Shown here piece by piece: positions 8,859 through 19,729 of a stretch of DNA of 64,000 bases. The notes below the pieces were generated by a model. The model worked only from the letters and a program-made list of their open reading frames with translations, was not told the DNA's origin and searched no databases. The stretch lies in the NCBI GenBank assembly GCA_041309365.1, contig JBFYZU010000103.1, positions 1,463-65,462 of the forward strand, given 5' to 3'. Numbering within the stretch: position 1 is the stretch's first letter; the number at the start of each line of letters is the position of its first letter. The position numbers were made by a program, and so were the translations under genes. The DNA is from Myxococcota bacterium (lineage in GTDB: Bacteria > Myxococcota_A > Polyangia > DRWM01).

Positions 8859-10147
8859 TGGGTTCCCTCGAGACCACTGTCCATCTTCATGGCCGAGCGC
8901 AGAACCTGGTAGGCGATGTACAGCTGGTTGTCATCCACCGGCACGGGAGAACCGCCGAGCTGGGAAGTGCCGGTTCCTGCCTCGATGTGGCCGATCAGGT
9001 CCTTCTCCTTGAGCTTGGCTCCCTGCTCGAACAGCTCGGGCTTCAGCGCCGGAACGACGAGGTCTGGCTCGATGCCCTGGGCCTGGACGATGTGGCCCGA
9101 TGGTGTCGCGTAGAGCGCCGTCGTGAGCTTCAGCCCGGATTCGTCGGGCAGCTTGATGATGGTCTGCACGCTTCCCTTGCCGAATGTGGTCATGCCCACG
9201 ACCACGGCCCTCTGGTGGTCCTGCAACGCTCCCACGAACACCTCGGCAGCGGATGCGGTATACTCGTCGACCACGAGCACGATCTTGAAATTCTTGCGGG
9301 TGCCCTTCTTGTGGGCCTTCTCGACGAAAGTGATCTCGTCGCCTCTTCCCCTCGTCGTCATGATGACGCCCGACTCGAGAAACTCGTCCGCCATGTAGAT
9401 GGCCTGGTCGAGCAGACCGCCCGGGTTGCTCCTCAGATCGATGAGGAGTCCATCCAGGCTGCCTCCGCAGCGCGCCTCGAGCCAGTCGAGCTCGTCGCGC
9501 AACTTCGAATACGTACCCTGCTGGAACACCTTGACGCGCACGAGGCCCACACCAGCATCCGAGTCGAGGAGCTCGCTCTCGATGCTGACCATCTTGATGA
9601 TCTCGCGCACCAGCTCGAACTCGAGGATCTCGCTGTCGCCCCTCCGGATCTTGACCTTCACCCCGGTCCCCGGCTCGCCGCGCATCATCTTGATGGCGTC
9701 CTGGATGGTGAGGGTGTAGGCCGGCACGCCGTCGATGACGATGATCTCGTCGCCGGACATGATCCCTGCCTTGTCGGCGGGGCTGCCTGGTAGCGGGGAG
9801 ATGATCATCAGCCTGCCGAACCGTGCATCCACCTCGATGCCGACACCTCCGAACTTGCCCGAGGTGTCGCCCTTGAGCATCTCGAACTCCTCCGGATCGA
9901 GGTATGCGCTGTGCGGGTCCAGCGAGTTGACCATCCCCTTGATGGCGCCGTAGATGAGCCTGTCGGAATCCACCTCCTCGATGTAGCTGGTCTGCACGTG
10001 CGCCAGCACCTTGGAGAAGATCGTCAGCGGGTAGTAGGGCGAATCCTCGGCCTTCGTTGCCGATGCCGTCGTCATCTGCATCGAGAGCGTCGCCATCACT
10101 CCCACGACGACGCCCGCGGCGAGGGTCACTGAGGTGTGTCCGCGCAT
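8855..10147 (-). CDS. S41-family carboxyl-terminal processing protease
   Basis: PDZ plus S41 catalytic blocks (GGVGIEVD..., FKIVLVVDEYTASAAEVF, TFGKGSVQ). Start set at MRGHTSV... (signal/TM AAGVVVGVMATL). The 5' 267 codons of the six-frame ORF are an antisense-driven extension. Confidence 0.8.
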   Translation of the reverse strand: MRGHTSVTLAAGVVVGVMATLSMQMTTASATKAEDSPYYPLTIFSKVLAHVQTSYIEEVDSDRLIYGAIKGMVNSLDPHSAYLDPEEFEMLKGDTSGKFGGVGIEVDARFGRLMIISPLPGSPADKAGIMSGDEIIVIDGVPAYTLTIQDAIKMMRGEPGTGVKVKIRRGDSEILEFELVREIIKMVSIESELLDSDAGVGLVRVKVFQQGTYSKLRDELDWLEARCGGSLDGLLIDLRSNPGGLLDQAIYMADEFLESGVIMTTRGRGDEITFVEKAHKKGTRKNFKIVLVVDEYTASAAEVFVGALQDHQRAVVVGMTTFGKGSVQTIIKLPDESGLKLTTALYATPSGHIVQAQGIEPDLVVPALKPELFEQGAKLKEKDLIGHIEAGTGTSQLGGSPVPVDDNQLYIAYQVLRSAMKMDSGLEGTH

Positions 10148-10210
10148 GCTGCCTCCAGGTCCTTGCATTTCTACTCCAGACGCCTCATTTTTCAAACCGT
10201 GACCGGACCC

Positions 10211-12145
10211 ATGGATAACGATCTTCCAGTGGCGGTGGTGGGCACCGCCGGCCACATCGACCACGGCAAGAGCGCCCTGGTCCGGGCGCTCACGGGGACG
10301 GATCCGGACAGGCTGCCGGAGGAGAAGAAGCGAGGGATCACCATCGAGCTGGGCTACGCGCGGCTCGCCCTTCCTTCGGGAAGGTCGGTGTCCGTGGTGG
10401 ACGTGCCCGGGCACGAACGGTTCATCAAGACCATGGCCTCCGGTGCGGCCGTCATCGATGTGGCGATCCTCGTCGTTGACGCAGGAGAGGGTGTCAAGCC
10501 CCAGAGCGTCGAGCACCTCGGGATCCTGCAGGCCCTGGGAGTGAAGCGCGGGCTGGTGGCACTGACCAAGTGCGACACGGTGGATCCGGACCTCGCCAAC
10601 CTGGCTGCCGAGGAGGTTCGCGAGCTCGTGGCATCGACATTCCTCGAGGGAGCGCCCGTCATCATGACGAGCACCGTCTCGGGTCAGGGCCTGGCCAGCC
10701 TGCGCGAGACGATCGACGCGATCACCGTGGACTTCCGCAAGGAGGCCGTGCGCATGCCCGTGCGCATGCCCGTGGACAGGGTGTTCGTCATGCAGGGGTT
10801 CGGAACCGTGATCACCGGGACCGTCCTGGGTGGCACCATCTCGGTGGCCGACACGGTACAGGTCCTGCCCGCAGGCATCGAGGCGCGAGTTCGCGGCGTG
10901 CAGGTGCATGGCACCGACGCCGGTCTGGTGCACGCCCCGTCGAGGGCGGCCCTCAACCTTGCAGGCGTGGAGATGGATCCTGCACTCAGGGGCCAGTGGG
11001 TCGTCTCACCCGGCGAGTTCGCCACCTCGGGCTCCGTGCTCGCCATGGCCAGCCTCATGGGCTGGGTGAAAAAAACCGTGAAGCTCCCCGCTTCCATGAG
11101 CCTCAATCTGGGTTCGAGCGTGGTCAACTGTGCCGTGCACGGCGTGGCGGACGGACCACGCCAGGAGCCCATGATCCCGGGCACGGCGCATCTGGTGCGC
11201 ATAGAGACGGATCACCCCGTGGTGCCGCGTGCCGGCGACCGCTTCATACTGCGCGTCGGGGGCGGCCTGGGCGCGGGCTTCTCGACGGCCGCGGGCGGAT
11301 GGGTCGTCGACCCGCTCTGGGGCCCAAGGAGAATCTCCACCAGGGTGCAGGATCAGGCTCGAAAGCTCGACGCTTCGGATCCGCAGACATGGCTGGAGTT
11401 CGCCTTGATGGGTGCCGGAGCGAAGGGTCTGGCCACGGCCGAGCTCGTGCAGAGGATACCTGGCCCGCCCGCCTCGGCCCAGCGCATCCTGGATGCGATG
11501 CTCAGGACCCACGCCGCCATCCGGACGGGCAGGGCACGAATCGTCGGCAGCGCAGCGTACGGACGTGCGCTTGCACGCGCCGACCAGTGCCTGAAAACCT
11601 TCCACGCGAGCAACCCGGAGCGGGCGGGCATCAAGCGCGACGCGCTGAGGGACCTGTGCGTGGGCGGCTCGGGAGGGCCCCTGTTCGAGTCGCTGCTCTC
11701 GCGCAGGGTCAAGGAGAAGGCCTGGAAGCTCGACCAGGATCTCGTGGCCGAGGCCGATCACGAGCCACGATCGGCGACGTCGATCGAGGACCTCGCATCG
11801 AGCATCCTCGCATCCATCGCCCGCGACCCGGCCAGCCCACCGAGCCTCAAGGCCCTTGCACAGCAGCACGGCGTCTCCATCGACTGGATATCCAGGGCAG
11901 CGGACCTCATCGTGGCCAGCGGTCGAGGCAGGCTCCTGGACGGCGAGTTCATCTTCTCCACGGGGTTTCTCGATACCCTCAAGGGCAACGTCCGTGCCTT
12001 CTTCGCCAGGAACGAGAAAATGATGGTCACGGACCTGAAGACCATCGCATCGGTGACTCGCAAGCATGCCCTGCCTCTGGCACGATGGCTGGACGACGAG
12101 GGCGTGACGCTGCGTCGCGCGGATCATCGGATCGCCCGCTCCTAG
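10211..12145 (+). CDS. selB: selenocysteine-specific translation elongation factor SelB
   Basis: GTPase motifs [14 protein letters not shown] and TKCD. SelB-specific extended C-terminal winged-helix region. Start at [21 protein letters not shown]. Confidence 0.85.
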   Translation: MDNDLPVAVVGTAGHIDHGKSALVRALTGTDPDRLPEEKKRGITIELGYARLALPSGRSVSVVDVPGHERFIKTMASGAAVIDVAILVVDAGEGVKPQSVEHLGILQALGVKRGLVALTKCDTVDPDLANLAAEEVRELVASTFLEGAPVIMTSTVSGQGLASLRETIDAITVDFRKEAVRMPVRMPVDRVFVMQGFGTVITGTVLGGTISVADTVQVLPAGIEARVRGVQVHGTDAGLVHAPSRAALNLAGVEMDPALRGQWVVSPGEFATSGSVLAMASLMGWVKKTVKLPASMSLNLGSSVVNCAVHGVADGPRQEPMIPGTAHLVRIETDHPVVPRAGDRFILRVGGGLGAGFSTAAGGWVVDPLWGPRRISTRVQDQARKLDASDPQTWLEFALMGAGAKGLATAELVQRIPGPPASAQRILDAMLRTHAAIRTGRARIVGSAAYGRALARADQCLKTFHASNPERAGIKRDALRDLCVGGSGGPLFESLLSRRVKEKAWKLDQDLVAEADHEPRSATSIEDLASSILASIARDPASPPSLKALAQQHGVSIDWISRAADLIVASGRGRLLDGEFIFSTGFLDTLKGNVRAFFARNEKMMVTDLKTIASVTRKHALPLARWLDDEGVTLRRADHRIARS

Positions 12146-12199
12146 AGCACCGGTCGGTGCTCTTGCAGGCAAGGGCCGGGGTCGGGATCGAAACGGCCC
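12146..12199. terminator. two GC-rich hairpins between convergent selB and small ORF (putative bidirectional terminator)
   Basis: gagcaccg-gt-cggtgctc (12146-12163) and gggccg...cggccc (12173-12199), immediately after the selB TAG. Confidence 0.4.
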
Positions 12200-12216
12200 T
12201 GCTTCGCCTGGAGGTC

Positions 12217-12414
12217 TCAGCCTGGCGAGCCATCCCCGCCGCCAGGGATACGGTAGGTGCCGTCGAGCCGGGCGACCATCCTCTCGTATCTCTCGTGGAG
12301 CTCCTCGAGGGCCCTGGCGTGCTCGCCAGGGTCCATCTCACCACGCTCCAGCCTGACGTCCAGGAGTGCGCGACGATCCTCGAACCACCGCTGCGGATCG
12401 AAGTTGTAGGTCAT
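12217..12414 (-). CDS. small hypothetical protein (65 aa) translationally coupled to radical SAM gene
   Basis: MTYNFDPQRWFEDRRALLDVRLERGEMDPGEHARALEELHERYERMVARLDGTYRIP. Its ATG overlaps the radical SAM stop as ATGA. Confidence 0.35.
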   Translation of the reverse strand: MTYNFDPQRWFEDRRALLDVRLERGEMDPGEHARALEELHERYERMVARLDGTYRIPGGGDGSPG

Positions 12415-15035
12415 GCCCCCACCTCGGCGTGCAGGGTACGGACCATCCACTCCACCTCGACCCCGTACCCTGCGAGCACCGCCCGCAGCTCGGACGGCCT
12501 TGGCCAGCGGCCATCCAGGGGCCGAGTGATCAGCGTGACGGCCAGAGCGTGCATCTCGGGTACCCGTCCGGCGAGCCATGTCACGTCCGCTACACGTCGG
12601 ACCTCGACGCCGTCGATCATGCCCAGAAGGTCCAGGGTGACGTTTCGCCCGCGATCCGAACGGACCACGGGCATGGCCCCGGCCATATGCAGCTCCTTCA
12701 CGACGCGCTCGACCTCTCGGGGGTCGGTCCCGGGCCCGAGCAGGAAGGCCAGGCCCATGGACCGGGGCCCCCGCGCCAGGGCTCGCGCCTCCCGGGGGTC
12801 CAGCATGCGGGCAAAGCTGAAATCGATCCCTTCCGGCGTCGTCTGCTCGAGCCTATCCAGCAGGGCGCGCTCGCTGCGCAGCGGCGCCGTGACCTCCACC
12901 CGGAGGAGCTCGCCCAGGCCCGCGACTCCCACGGGCATGGCCGCACAGAACACCATGCCTGGCCTGGGGGTGTATCCCTGGCTGTAGCGCAGCGGCACGG
13001 CTGCCCGTCGGAGGCTCTGGCCGATGATGCGCAGGGTATCACGATGGCCGAGCCAGGCGGCCTTGCCAGTCCGGTCGAAGCCGAGAAGCATGAACAGCCT
13101 CTCCTTGGCACCCGAGTCCAGGTCGAAGGCTTCTCTTGCGCTCTCGAGATGCAGCACGATGGCCTCGAGAGCCTCGCCGAGACCGGCTCGTGTGTCGTCT
13201 CCGTGAAACAGCGCCGCGTTCGAGGGATCGCACGGAGCACCGCAGCTTTCGCAGCGTTCTCCCCATGGCGCGTCGCAGCGCGAGGAGGCCTTGCTGGCCC
13301 GTGCGAGCTCGCGCTCGCTGGCGAGGTGCGCAGGGCTGACGTGCGTCTCGATGCCGTCCCAGGGCAGGGGCGCACCGTCCTCGATCTCGGCGCACTGCGC
13401 TGGCACGTCGACGCCTGCCCCAGCGAGCGCGGCGTCCCAGGCCGCTTGCCGGAACATCTCGCTCCAACCGTCGAAGCGACACCCTCCGCGATAGGCGCAA
13501 AGAAGGGCGTCGCCCATCTCCGCTCCTCCACGCGCAAGGAGCGCTTCGACGAGTCTTTGCCTGTGGTCGTGGAACGAGAGCTGCACCGGGCAGTCTTTGA
13601 AAAGCTCCCTGATCCTGTGGGCACGGGCACGAAGCTCGTCCACACCGGCGAAGGCCTCGCGCTCGAACGGTGTGAACGGCTTTGGGACGAAGCCCGAGAC
13701 GGACACCGAGAGCCGGCGCCTCCCTCTGGACCCGAACGTCCTCACCGCTTCCGCCACGAGCCCTGCGATCCCCTCGAGATCGGCGTCGGTCTCCGTCGGC
13801 AGGCCGAACATGAAGTAGAGCTTGGCCTTCTGCCAACCGAGGTCGCGCATGCGGGCCAGGGCATCCAGGAGATCGCCAGGGGTGACGGACTTGTTGATGA
13901 CTGTCCTGAGCCGGTCCGTCCCCGCTTCCGGCGCCAGCGTCATGCCCGTGGCACGGACCCTGCGGATCGCCTCGAGCGCGGCCGCGGGCAACCCGTAGGC
14001 CCTGAGCGAAGCGACGCTGAGGGCGATGCGCCGCTGATCCAGCACCGGCCCGAGCGCTCCTGTCACCTGCAAGAGCGCGGGATAGTCGGCGGTGGAGAGA
14101 CTGGCCAGGCTCACCTCGTCATAGCCGGTGAGCAAAGCTCCCCGGACGGCCTCGCGTACGACCGACCCCGGTGAGCGCTCCCGCACCGGCCTGTAGATCA
14201 CTCCGGCATGACAGAAACGGCATCCTCCTGCGCAGCCGCGCGCTATCTCCACCTGGAAACGGTCGAAGACGGTCTCCACGCTCGGAACGACGGGCAGAGG
14301 CGCGGCTCCCAAGAGCCCGGCAGGCGGCGCCAAGCGCACGGGCCATGGCGGGTGACCCGACGGCGGAGCCACGGGCACGCACCGGCCAGTCCTGGTCGAA
14401 AGGCGTCCGTACAGGGAAGGCACGAAGACGTGTCCGGTCCGGGCGAGTGCGGCGAGCAGGTCCTGCCGTGACGCCCCGTGACGCCGGGCGTCCTTGACGA
14501 GCTCGAGCACCTGTACGAGGATCTGCTCCCCGTCTCCCGGGGTGAAGGCGTCGACGAAGGCAGAGAGCGGCTCGGGGTTGGTGGCACAGGGACCCCCGGC
14601 GATCACGAGCGGATGGCGCGCATCCCTGTCCGCCGAGAGGAGCGGGAGCCTGGCGAGATCGAGCATCCAGAGCACCGTCGTGTAGGTGAGCTCGTGCTGC
14701 AGGGAGAATCCGAGGACATCGAATCCGGCCAGCGAAGCCCCGCTCTCGCGAGTGCCTAGCGGAAGCGAAGAACGAACGAGGGCGTCACCGTAGTCTGGCC
14801 ATGGCGCAAAGACACGCTCCACCCTCACCCAGCCCAGCTGCTGGATCAGCCTGTAGAGGATGGTGAGGCCCAGATTCGAGCATCCCACCTCGTACACGTC
14901 CGGAAAGGCCAGCACGAGGCTCACGTCCGCGCTCGGGTCCGGACGATGGGCCCCATACTCGGGGCCCGCGTAACGCGCTGGTTTCTCCACCTTCTGCAAG
15001 AGATGCCGGTGGGGATGATCGTCGATGACGCTCAC
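12411..15035 (-). CDS. radical SAM protein, TIGR03960-type fused to TIGR03936 (DUF2344)
   Basis: KPARYAGPEYGA N-terminal block. CxxxCxxC cluster CTNPEP...GCRFCHAG. An about 875-aa fusion architecture. GTG start chosen at VSVIDDHP. Confidence 0.7.
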   Translation of the reverse strand: MSVIDDHPHRHLLQKVEKPARYAGPEYGAHRPDPSADVSLVLAFPDVYEVGCSNLGLTILYRLIQQLGWVRVERVFAPWPDYGDALVRSSLPLGTRESGASLAGFDVLGFSLQHELTYTTVLWMLDLARLPLLSADRDARHPLVIAGGPCATNPEPLSAFVDAFTPGDGEQILVQVLELVKDARRHGASRQDLLAALARTGHVFVPSLYGRLSTRTGRCVPVAPPSGHPPWPVRLAPPAGLLGAAPLPVVPSVETVFDRFQVEIARGCAGGCRFCHAGVIYRPVRERSPGSVVREAVRGALLTGYDEVSLASLSTADYPALLQVTGALGPVLDQRRIALSVASLRAYGLPAAALEAIRRVRATGMTLAPEAGTDRLRTVINKSVTPGDLLDALARMRDLGWQKAKLYFMFGLPTETDADLEGIAGLVAEAVRTFGSRGRRRLSVSVSGFVPKPFTPFEREAFAGVDELRARAHRIRELFKDCPVQLSFHDHRQRLVEALLARGGAEMGDALLCAYRGGCRFDGWSEMFRQAAWDAALAGAGVDVPAQCAEIEDGAPLPWDGIETHVSPAHLASERELARASKASSRCDAPWGERCESCGAPCDPSNAALFHGDDTRAGLGEALEAIVLHLESAREAFDLDSGAKERLFMLLGFDRTGKAAWLGHRDTLRIIGQSLRRAAVPLRYSQGYTPRPGMVFCAAMPVGVAGLGELLRVEVTAPLRSERALLDRLEQTTPEGIDFSFARMLDPREARALARGPRSMGLAFLLGPGTDPREVERVVKELHMAGAMPVVRSDRGRNVTLDLLGMIDGVEVRRVADVTWLAGRVPEMHALAVTLITRPLDGRWPRPSELRAVLAGYGVEVEWMVRTLHAEVGA

Positions 15036-15216
15036 GTGTTTTTCGCACCTCTTCTCGTTGGCCCTCGAAGGTTCGAGCGACGGCCGCCTGGACGCGGTAG
15101 CATACGTACCATATAATGAAGATGCATGGGGTCGCGTGGTATTGACACCCAGCGTAACCCCTTGTAACGTGTGCATTCATCGCGTCGTCCACGACGCCAG
15201 CGCCACGGAGTACGAG

Positions 15217-15630
15217 ATGCGCAGATGGAATGTTCTCGTCGCGGCGGCCCTGCTCGTTGCAGCGGCGGCCAGCTGTACCCCCGAAGGGGTGGGTGACCCC
15301 TGCGAGCCAGAGTCCTGCCCGCCGGACGAGGTCAACCCGGAGGTCTGCGACTGGCAGTACGAGGAGGTGTACCTGGAGCACTTCTCGCTGCAGTGCCGCA
15401 CCAGGGTATGCCTGGTCTTCAGGCCCGAGCCCAACGTGTTCGATCCCTACTGCTCGCGTCGCTGCGGGCCGGGAGCCGCTTACACGAAATGCCCTGCCAA
15501 GTTCGCATGCGCCGAGGTCGCCTCGGGAGCCACGGCCGGTGCGGGCTGCTACTGCGTGGACAAGGAGCAGCTCAATCTCGATCCCTTCAGCGGCAGCAAC
15601 GACCTGGACAAGCTGGAAGCCTGCAAGTAG
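15217..15630 (+). CDS. small Cys-rich secreted lipoprotein
   Basis: MRRWNVLVAAALLVAAAASC lipobox. 12 Cys in 137 aa. Confidence 0.45.
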   Translation: MRRWNVLVAAALLVAAAASCTPEGVGDPCEPESCPPDEVNPEVCDWQYEEVYLEHFSLQCRTRVCLVFRPEPNVFDPYCSRRCGPGAAYTKCPAKFACAEVASGATAGAGCYCVDKEQLNLDPFSGSNDLDKLEACK

Positions 15631-15664
15631 CCGAGCCCTTCCGCGCATCTCGCGAGCTCTCACG

Positions 15665-16042
15665 ATGAACGGTCCGTTCAACGATCCACGCGATACCGCC
15701 CGCGCAGGGGAAGACGCCGTGGCGGCATTGCTCGAGCAGCGAGGTTTCACCATCGAGCACCGCAACCTCAGGATCGGAAAGGGCGAGATCGACATCGTGG
15801 CCAGAAAGCAGGACCTCCTGTGCATGGTGGAGGTGAAAGCGAGGCGCACACGGACACGAGGCGCGGGGCACGAGGCCGTGACGCCGGCCAAGGTCCACCA
15901 GCTGAGACGGCTCGGAAAGGCGATGGCGGCCAGAGACCCGTCGCTCCGCTACCGCTTCGACGTCGCCTCGGTGAGCTGGGACGCATCGGGACGTCCCGTG
16001 ATCGTCTATCACGAGAACGCGTTCACGGAGACCGACCTTTGA
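15665..16042 (+). CDS. yraN: YraN-family (UPF0102) endonuclease-like protein
   Basis: EDAVAALLEQRGFTIEHRN...GEIDIVA...VEVKAR is the UPF0102 signature. 125 aa. Confidence 0.7.
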   Translation: MNGPFNDPRDTARAGEDAVAALLEQRGFTIEHRNLRIGKGEIDIVARKQDLLCMVEVKARRTRTRGAGHEAVTPAKVHQLRRLGKAMAARDPSLRYRFDVASVSWDASGRPVIVYHENAFTETDL

Positions 16043-16044
16043 CC

Positions 16045-17100
16045 GTGGACCCTGGCGCCGAGCTGGAGCTGCTGCTTCGCGGTGCCGTGACGTCCGGTGT
16101 GTCCTCGGCCGCGAGCGCCTGGATCTGGCACGACGGCCGCGTGGTCGCGTGCGCGGCAACAGGAGTGACACGTGCGGATTCGGGCCAGCCGGTTTGCCCC
16201 GACACGCTGTTCGATGTGGCGAGCCTCACCAAGCCTCTGGCTGCTGCGGTCGCGGCCCGCCTCGTGGCGGCGTCACTTGCGGACCCGGAGGAGGTCGTCG
16301 TGTCGGACCCGCAGGCGACGCTCACCCAGGTCTTGTCCCACAGGGCTGGGTTCGAGGCCTGGAGACCCATCCACGAGCTCGTGGATGGGCGGCTCGTGGG
16401 GACCGAGCAGGCGCGCCGGGCCGTGATCCGCGAGGCGGGTCTCATCCCGCGCAAGCAGCCCGACACGAGGACCGAGTACAGCGACCTCGGCTTCATCTGT
16501 CTCGCGCACTGGCTGGAGCAGCGGTGCAAGAAAGGCCTGGTCCAGGCCCTTCTCGATGACGTGACAGGTCCACTGGGACTCGTCCACACGCACTACAGGC
16601 CACATGGAAGAACCGGGGACGTTCCGGACGAGGCCGTGGCAGCGACCGAGATCGTGAGCCGCCGTGGTGGCTTGATACAGGGGGCCGTACACGACGACAA
16701 CGCCTTCGCCATGGGGGGAGTGAGCGCCCACGCGGGTCTTTTCTCGACGGCCAGCGACATGGGGCGATTCGCAGTGGCCACGCTCGAAGCCTGCGAGAAG
16801 GGCGGCTGGCTGGAAAGATCGGTAGCCCGCTGGTTCGCGAGGCCGGTCGCGAAGGGGTGTCGGACCCCAGGCTGGGACGTGAAGAGCCCCGAGGGATCGA
16901 GCGCCGGAAACTCCTTTGGAACCAATAGCTTCGGCCATCTCGGATTCACAGGGTGCTCCCTGTGGGTCGATCCGGAGGAGCGCCTCGTTGCCTGTCTGCT
17001 CACCAACCGCATCCATCCGACGAGCACGAACGAGGCCATCAGGACGTTCCGGCCGCTTTTCCACGACCGCGTCCACGAGCTCGCCCTCGAATCTCCCTAG
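16045..17100 (+). CDS. beta-lactamase-family serine hydrolase
   Basis: SxxK motif LFDVASLTKPL with class C/PBP-like downstream blocks (YSDLGF, HAGLFSTASD, GHLGFTGCSLWVD). GTG/TTG start overlapping the yraN stop. Confidence 0.7.
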   Translation: MDPGAELELLLRGAVTSGVSSAASAWIWHDGRVVACAATGVTRADSGQPVCPDTLFDVASLTKPLAAAVAARLVAASLADPEEVVVSDPQATLTQVLSHRAGFEAWRPIHELVDGRLVGTEQARRAVIREAGLIPRKQPDTRTEYSDLGFICLAHWLEQRCKKGLVQALLDDVTGPLGLVHTHYRPHGRTGDVPDEAVAATEIVSRRGGLIQGAVHDDNAFAMGGVSAHAGLFSTASDMGRFAVATLEACEKGGWLERSVARWFARPVAKGCRTPGWDVKSPEGSSAGNSFGTNSFGHLGFTGCSLWVDPEERLVACLLTNRIHPTSTNEAIRTFRPLFHDRVHELALESP

Positions 17101-17183
17101 AGCCTGGGGGAATAATCCTTTCGGGGCAGGCGTCCTGAACCCTGGAGGCACGACGGGGCAGGGACCCTCCGAAGGGTGAGCAG

Positions 17184-18542
17184 ATGACTGAAAGCACGTC
17201 AGCGGACCAGGCCATTACCGCCGGAGACCAGGGGCAGGGCCACGAGTCGCACCAGGACGCGGAGTCGCGACCTGGAAATGACAATCGAGATGGGACGCTC
17301 CTGAAGTACTTCAGGGACATCACGGCACACCCCCTTCTTGATACCGAGCAGGAGCAGAGGCTGGCTCGCCGCATCGTGGAGCTGGAGCTGCGCGAGTGGA
17401 TGGAGTGCCTCGCTCACCCCCCCGTGGCAGCTGCCCTGCTTCCCGTTCTCGGCCATCGATTCCCCGGCCTCAAGCCGCGCATGCGCTTCATTCGCAGGGC
17501 TCATTGCAGATTCCGCGAGCGGCGGGGCAGGCTGAACCTGGCGGAGCTGGCACGCTACAGGCAATCGGTCGAAGAGCTGGCCCACGAGCTCAAGGAGGCG
17601 GACCAGGACCGTATCGTGCTCGACACGACCGAGCAGTGGATCGGGTCTCTTGCCACGGTCACCAGGCGCACTCCCGACGGCGCCGGTGGCAGGAACGGGC
17701 ACCACGGTGGAAACGGAAACACCCACCAGGCCGGGCCTGCTACCGTTCAGGCGGAGGTGACCATGCCCCGGATCCGCTACACCAGGGGAATAGAGGACGT
17801 GCATCGTGCAATGACCCTGGCCATCCGCAAGAGCCGCCTGGAACGGGATCACTTCATCTCGGCCAACCTCAGGCTCGTCATCTCCATCGCCAAGCGCTAC
17901 AGCAGGGGTACCCTGTCGCTCTCCGATCTCATCCAGGAGGGCAACATCGGGCTGATGAAGGCCGTCCAGAGGTACGACCCGGAGCGGGGCTACCGCTTCA
18001 GCACATACGCGAGCTGGTGGATCCGTCACGCCATCAACAGGGCGCTCGCGGACAAGAGCCGCACCGTACGCCTGCCCGTGCACCTCATCGACGCCCACAA
18101 CAGGCTCCAGCGTGCCAGGGCCCAGTACCAGATGCGCGAGGGCAGGACGCCGACGGACCAGGATCTGGCGCGCGAGATGGGGATCAACCTGAAGAAGCTA
18201 CGCAAGCTGCAACGACAGAGCACGGACCCGTCGTTCTCGCTGGACCGCAACGTGGGAGAGGACAATTCCTACAGGTTCATCGACCTCGTGCACGACGAGG
18301 ATGCCCACTCCCCCATGGACTGTGTCTCGTTCAGCGACTGGTGCGAGGAGATACAGAACGTGCTCGCTCAGCTTCCTCCCATCGAGGCACAGATCGTCTG
18401 CTGGCGCTACGGGGTTCGTAACGAGAACGAGCTCACACTCAAGGAGATCGGCGAGCGTTACAACCTGTCGCGCGAGCGCATCCGCCAGCTGCAGCAGCAG
18501 GCCTTGCAGAGGATGCGCCAGAACGTGAAGGGTCTGTACTGA
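17184..18542 (+). CDS. RNA polymerase sigma factor, sigma-70 (RpoD-like) family
   Basis: Region 2 ([15 protein letters not shown]), region 3 and region 4 ([27 protein letters not shown]). A 452-aa group-2-like size. Confidence 0.85.
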   Translation: MTESTSADQAITAGDQGQGHESHQDAESRPGNDNRDGTLLKYFRDITAHPLLDTEQEQRLARRIVELELREWMECLAHPPVAAALLPVLGHRFPGLKPRMRFIRRAHCRFRERRGRLNLAELARYRQSVEELAHELKEADQDRIVLDTTEQWIGSLATVTRRTPDGAGGRNGHHGGNGNTHQAGPATVQAEVTMPRIRYTRGIEDVHRAMTLAIRKSRLERDHFISANLRLVISIAKRYSRGTLSLSDLIQEGNIGLMKAVQRYDPERGYRFSTYASWWIRHAINRALADKSRTVRLPVHLIDAHNRLQRARAQYQMREGRTPTDQDLAREMGINLKKLRKLQRQSTDPSFSLDRNVGEDNSYRFIDLVHDEDAHSPMDCVSFSDWCEEIQNVLAQLPPIEAQIVCWRYGVRNENELTLKEIGERYNLSRERIRQLQQQALQRMRQNVKGLY

Positions 18543-18602
18543 CCTCGTTTGACCCACACCCTCAGGACCGCTAGAATGTCACCGTTCTCTCGGAGGCATC
18601 AC

Positions 18603-19688
18603 ATGAGTTCTCCTCTGGTGGCGTCATTTGCGCTGGCCTGTGCCTTGCTCGTGGCAGCACCGCAGGTCGCCCTCGGCTACGACGTGGCCGTGGTCCGGTC
18701 CAGCGGCCCGGCAGAGCAGGCCCTTCTCGACGAGCTCGATGCGGCCGTGCTGACCGCGCTCACCGATCAGGGCCACCAGGTGGCGTCAGCGGATGCGGTG
18801 ACGGAGGCCCTGGCGAAGCTCGGATATGCCACGGTGGAGACGCAGAAGCAGGCGGACATGCTCGGGGCCTCCATGGGCACGAGCTTCGTCATCGTACCCT
18901 ACGTTTCTCCTCTCGCAGGCCAGAACAGGATCGAGCTTCTGGCCTATTTCTTGCCGGATGGACGGGCCGAGACCCTGGAGCAGATCGCCATCGAGGGCGA
19001 GCTTGCGTCCGTGGTGGCGGAAATGCTATCGCGGCTCGTGACCAAGCAGGGCCTCCTGGTCACCACCCTGAAACCACCGGTGACGCCGGCCACGCCCCCG
19101 GCCTTGGACGAACCTGGCAGCGGCGAGGATGGACCCACCGATGACGAGAAGCTCCTCGAGAAGCTCGACGAGGTGGCAGATGCCGGCCAGCCCGAACCAC
19201 CCGCGGTGAAAAAGCCAGGTCTCGGGGATCCGTTCCGCCTGCACGTCGTGCTCATGGGCGGCTATACCGTGCTGCTCAACGAGCCGGCCTCGGGGGGTTC
19301 GAGCTACAGGCACGGAGGCCAGCTCTCGGCCACCATCGGGTACGTCGTCCTCGCGAAGATAGGGCTCGAGGTGGCCGGCGACTTTCACGTGTACATGGGC
19401 CGCTCGGGCGTGGGCTTCGGGCTCACGGCCACCACCGGCGTGCACATCCCGGTGGCACGCAGGCTCCTGGCTGGGGCCCGCCTGGGCCTGGGGTTCTTCA
19501 AGGGGGCCACGGGCTCTCAGCGCGCGAGCTTCCTTGTCACCGTCTCGCCCACCATCGAGGTGATCCTGCACGACCGCGTGTTCTTGCGCCTCGCATTGCC
19601 CGAGATCACGGTGCTCGCTGGCGGCGACAAGGACGTGCCGGGGGTCGGGATACTCGGCTTCAACCTCGGTATCGGCGCCCGCTTCTAG
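18603..19688 (+). CDS. secreted protein with C-terminal beta-barrel-like domain (possible OMP)
   Basis: Signal peptide MSSPLVASFALACALLVAAPQVALG. Alternating amphipathic strands in the C-terminal half. Terminal aromatic residue (GIGARF). Confidence 0.4.
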   Translation: MSSPLVASFALACALLVAAPQVALGYDVAVVRSSGPAEQALLDELDAAVLTALTDQGHQVASADAVTEALAKLGYATVETQKQADMLGASMGTSFVIVPYVSPLAGQNRIELLAYFLPDGRAETLEQIAIEGELASVVAEMLSRLVTKQGLLVTTLKPPVTPATPPALDEPGSGEDGPTDDEKLLEKLDEVADAGQPEPPAVKKPGLGDPFRLHVVLMGGYTVLLNEPASGGSSYRHGGQLSATIGYVVLAKIGLEVAGDFHVYMGRSGVGFGLTATTGVHIPVARRLLAGARLGLGFFKGATGSQRASFLVTVSPTIEVILHDRVFLRLALPEITVLAGGDKDVPGVGILGFNLGIGARF

Positions 19689-19729
19689 TTCGCGGTCTTG
19701 GGGGGAGCATCAGCCGAGGCAGCCGCGCT

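Noticed and set aside
8849-9793. 314-aa plus-strand ORF
   Set aside because: Antisense to the S41 protease gene. No motifs.
12173-12199. tRNA T-arm-like gggtcgggatcgaaacggccc after selB
   Set aside because: The loop is 15 nt, and no acceptor or anticodon arms can be built. It was interpreted as a terminator hairpin instead.
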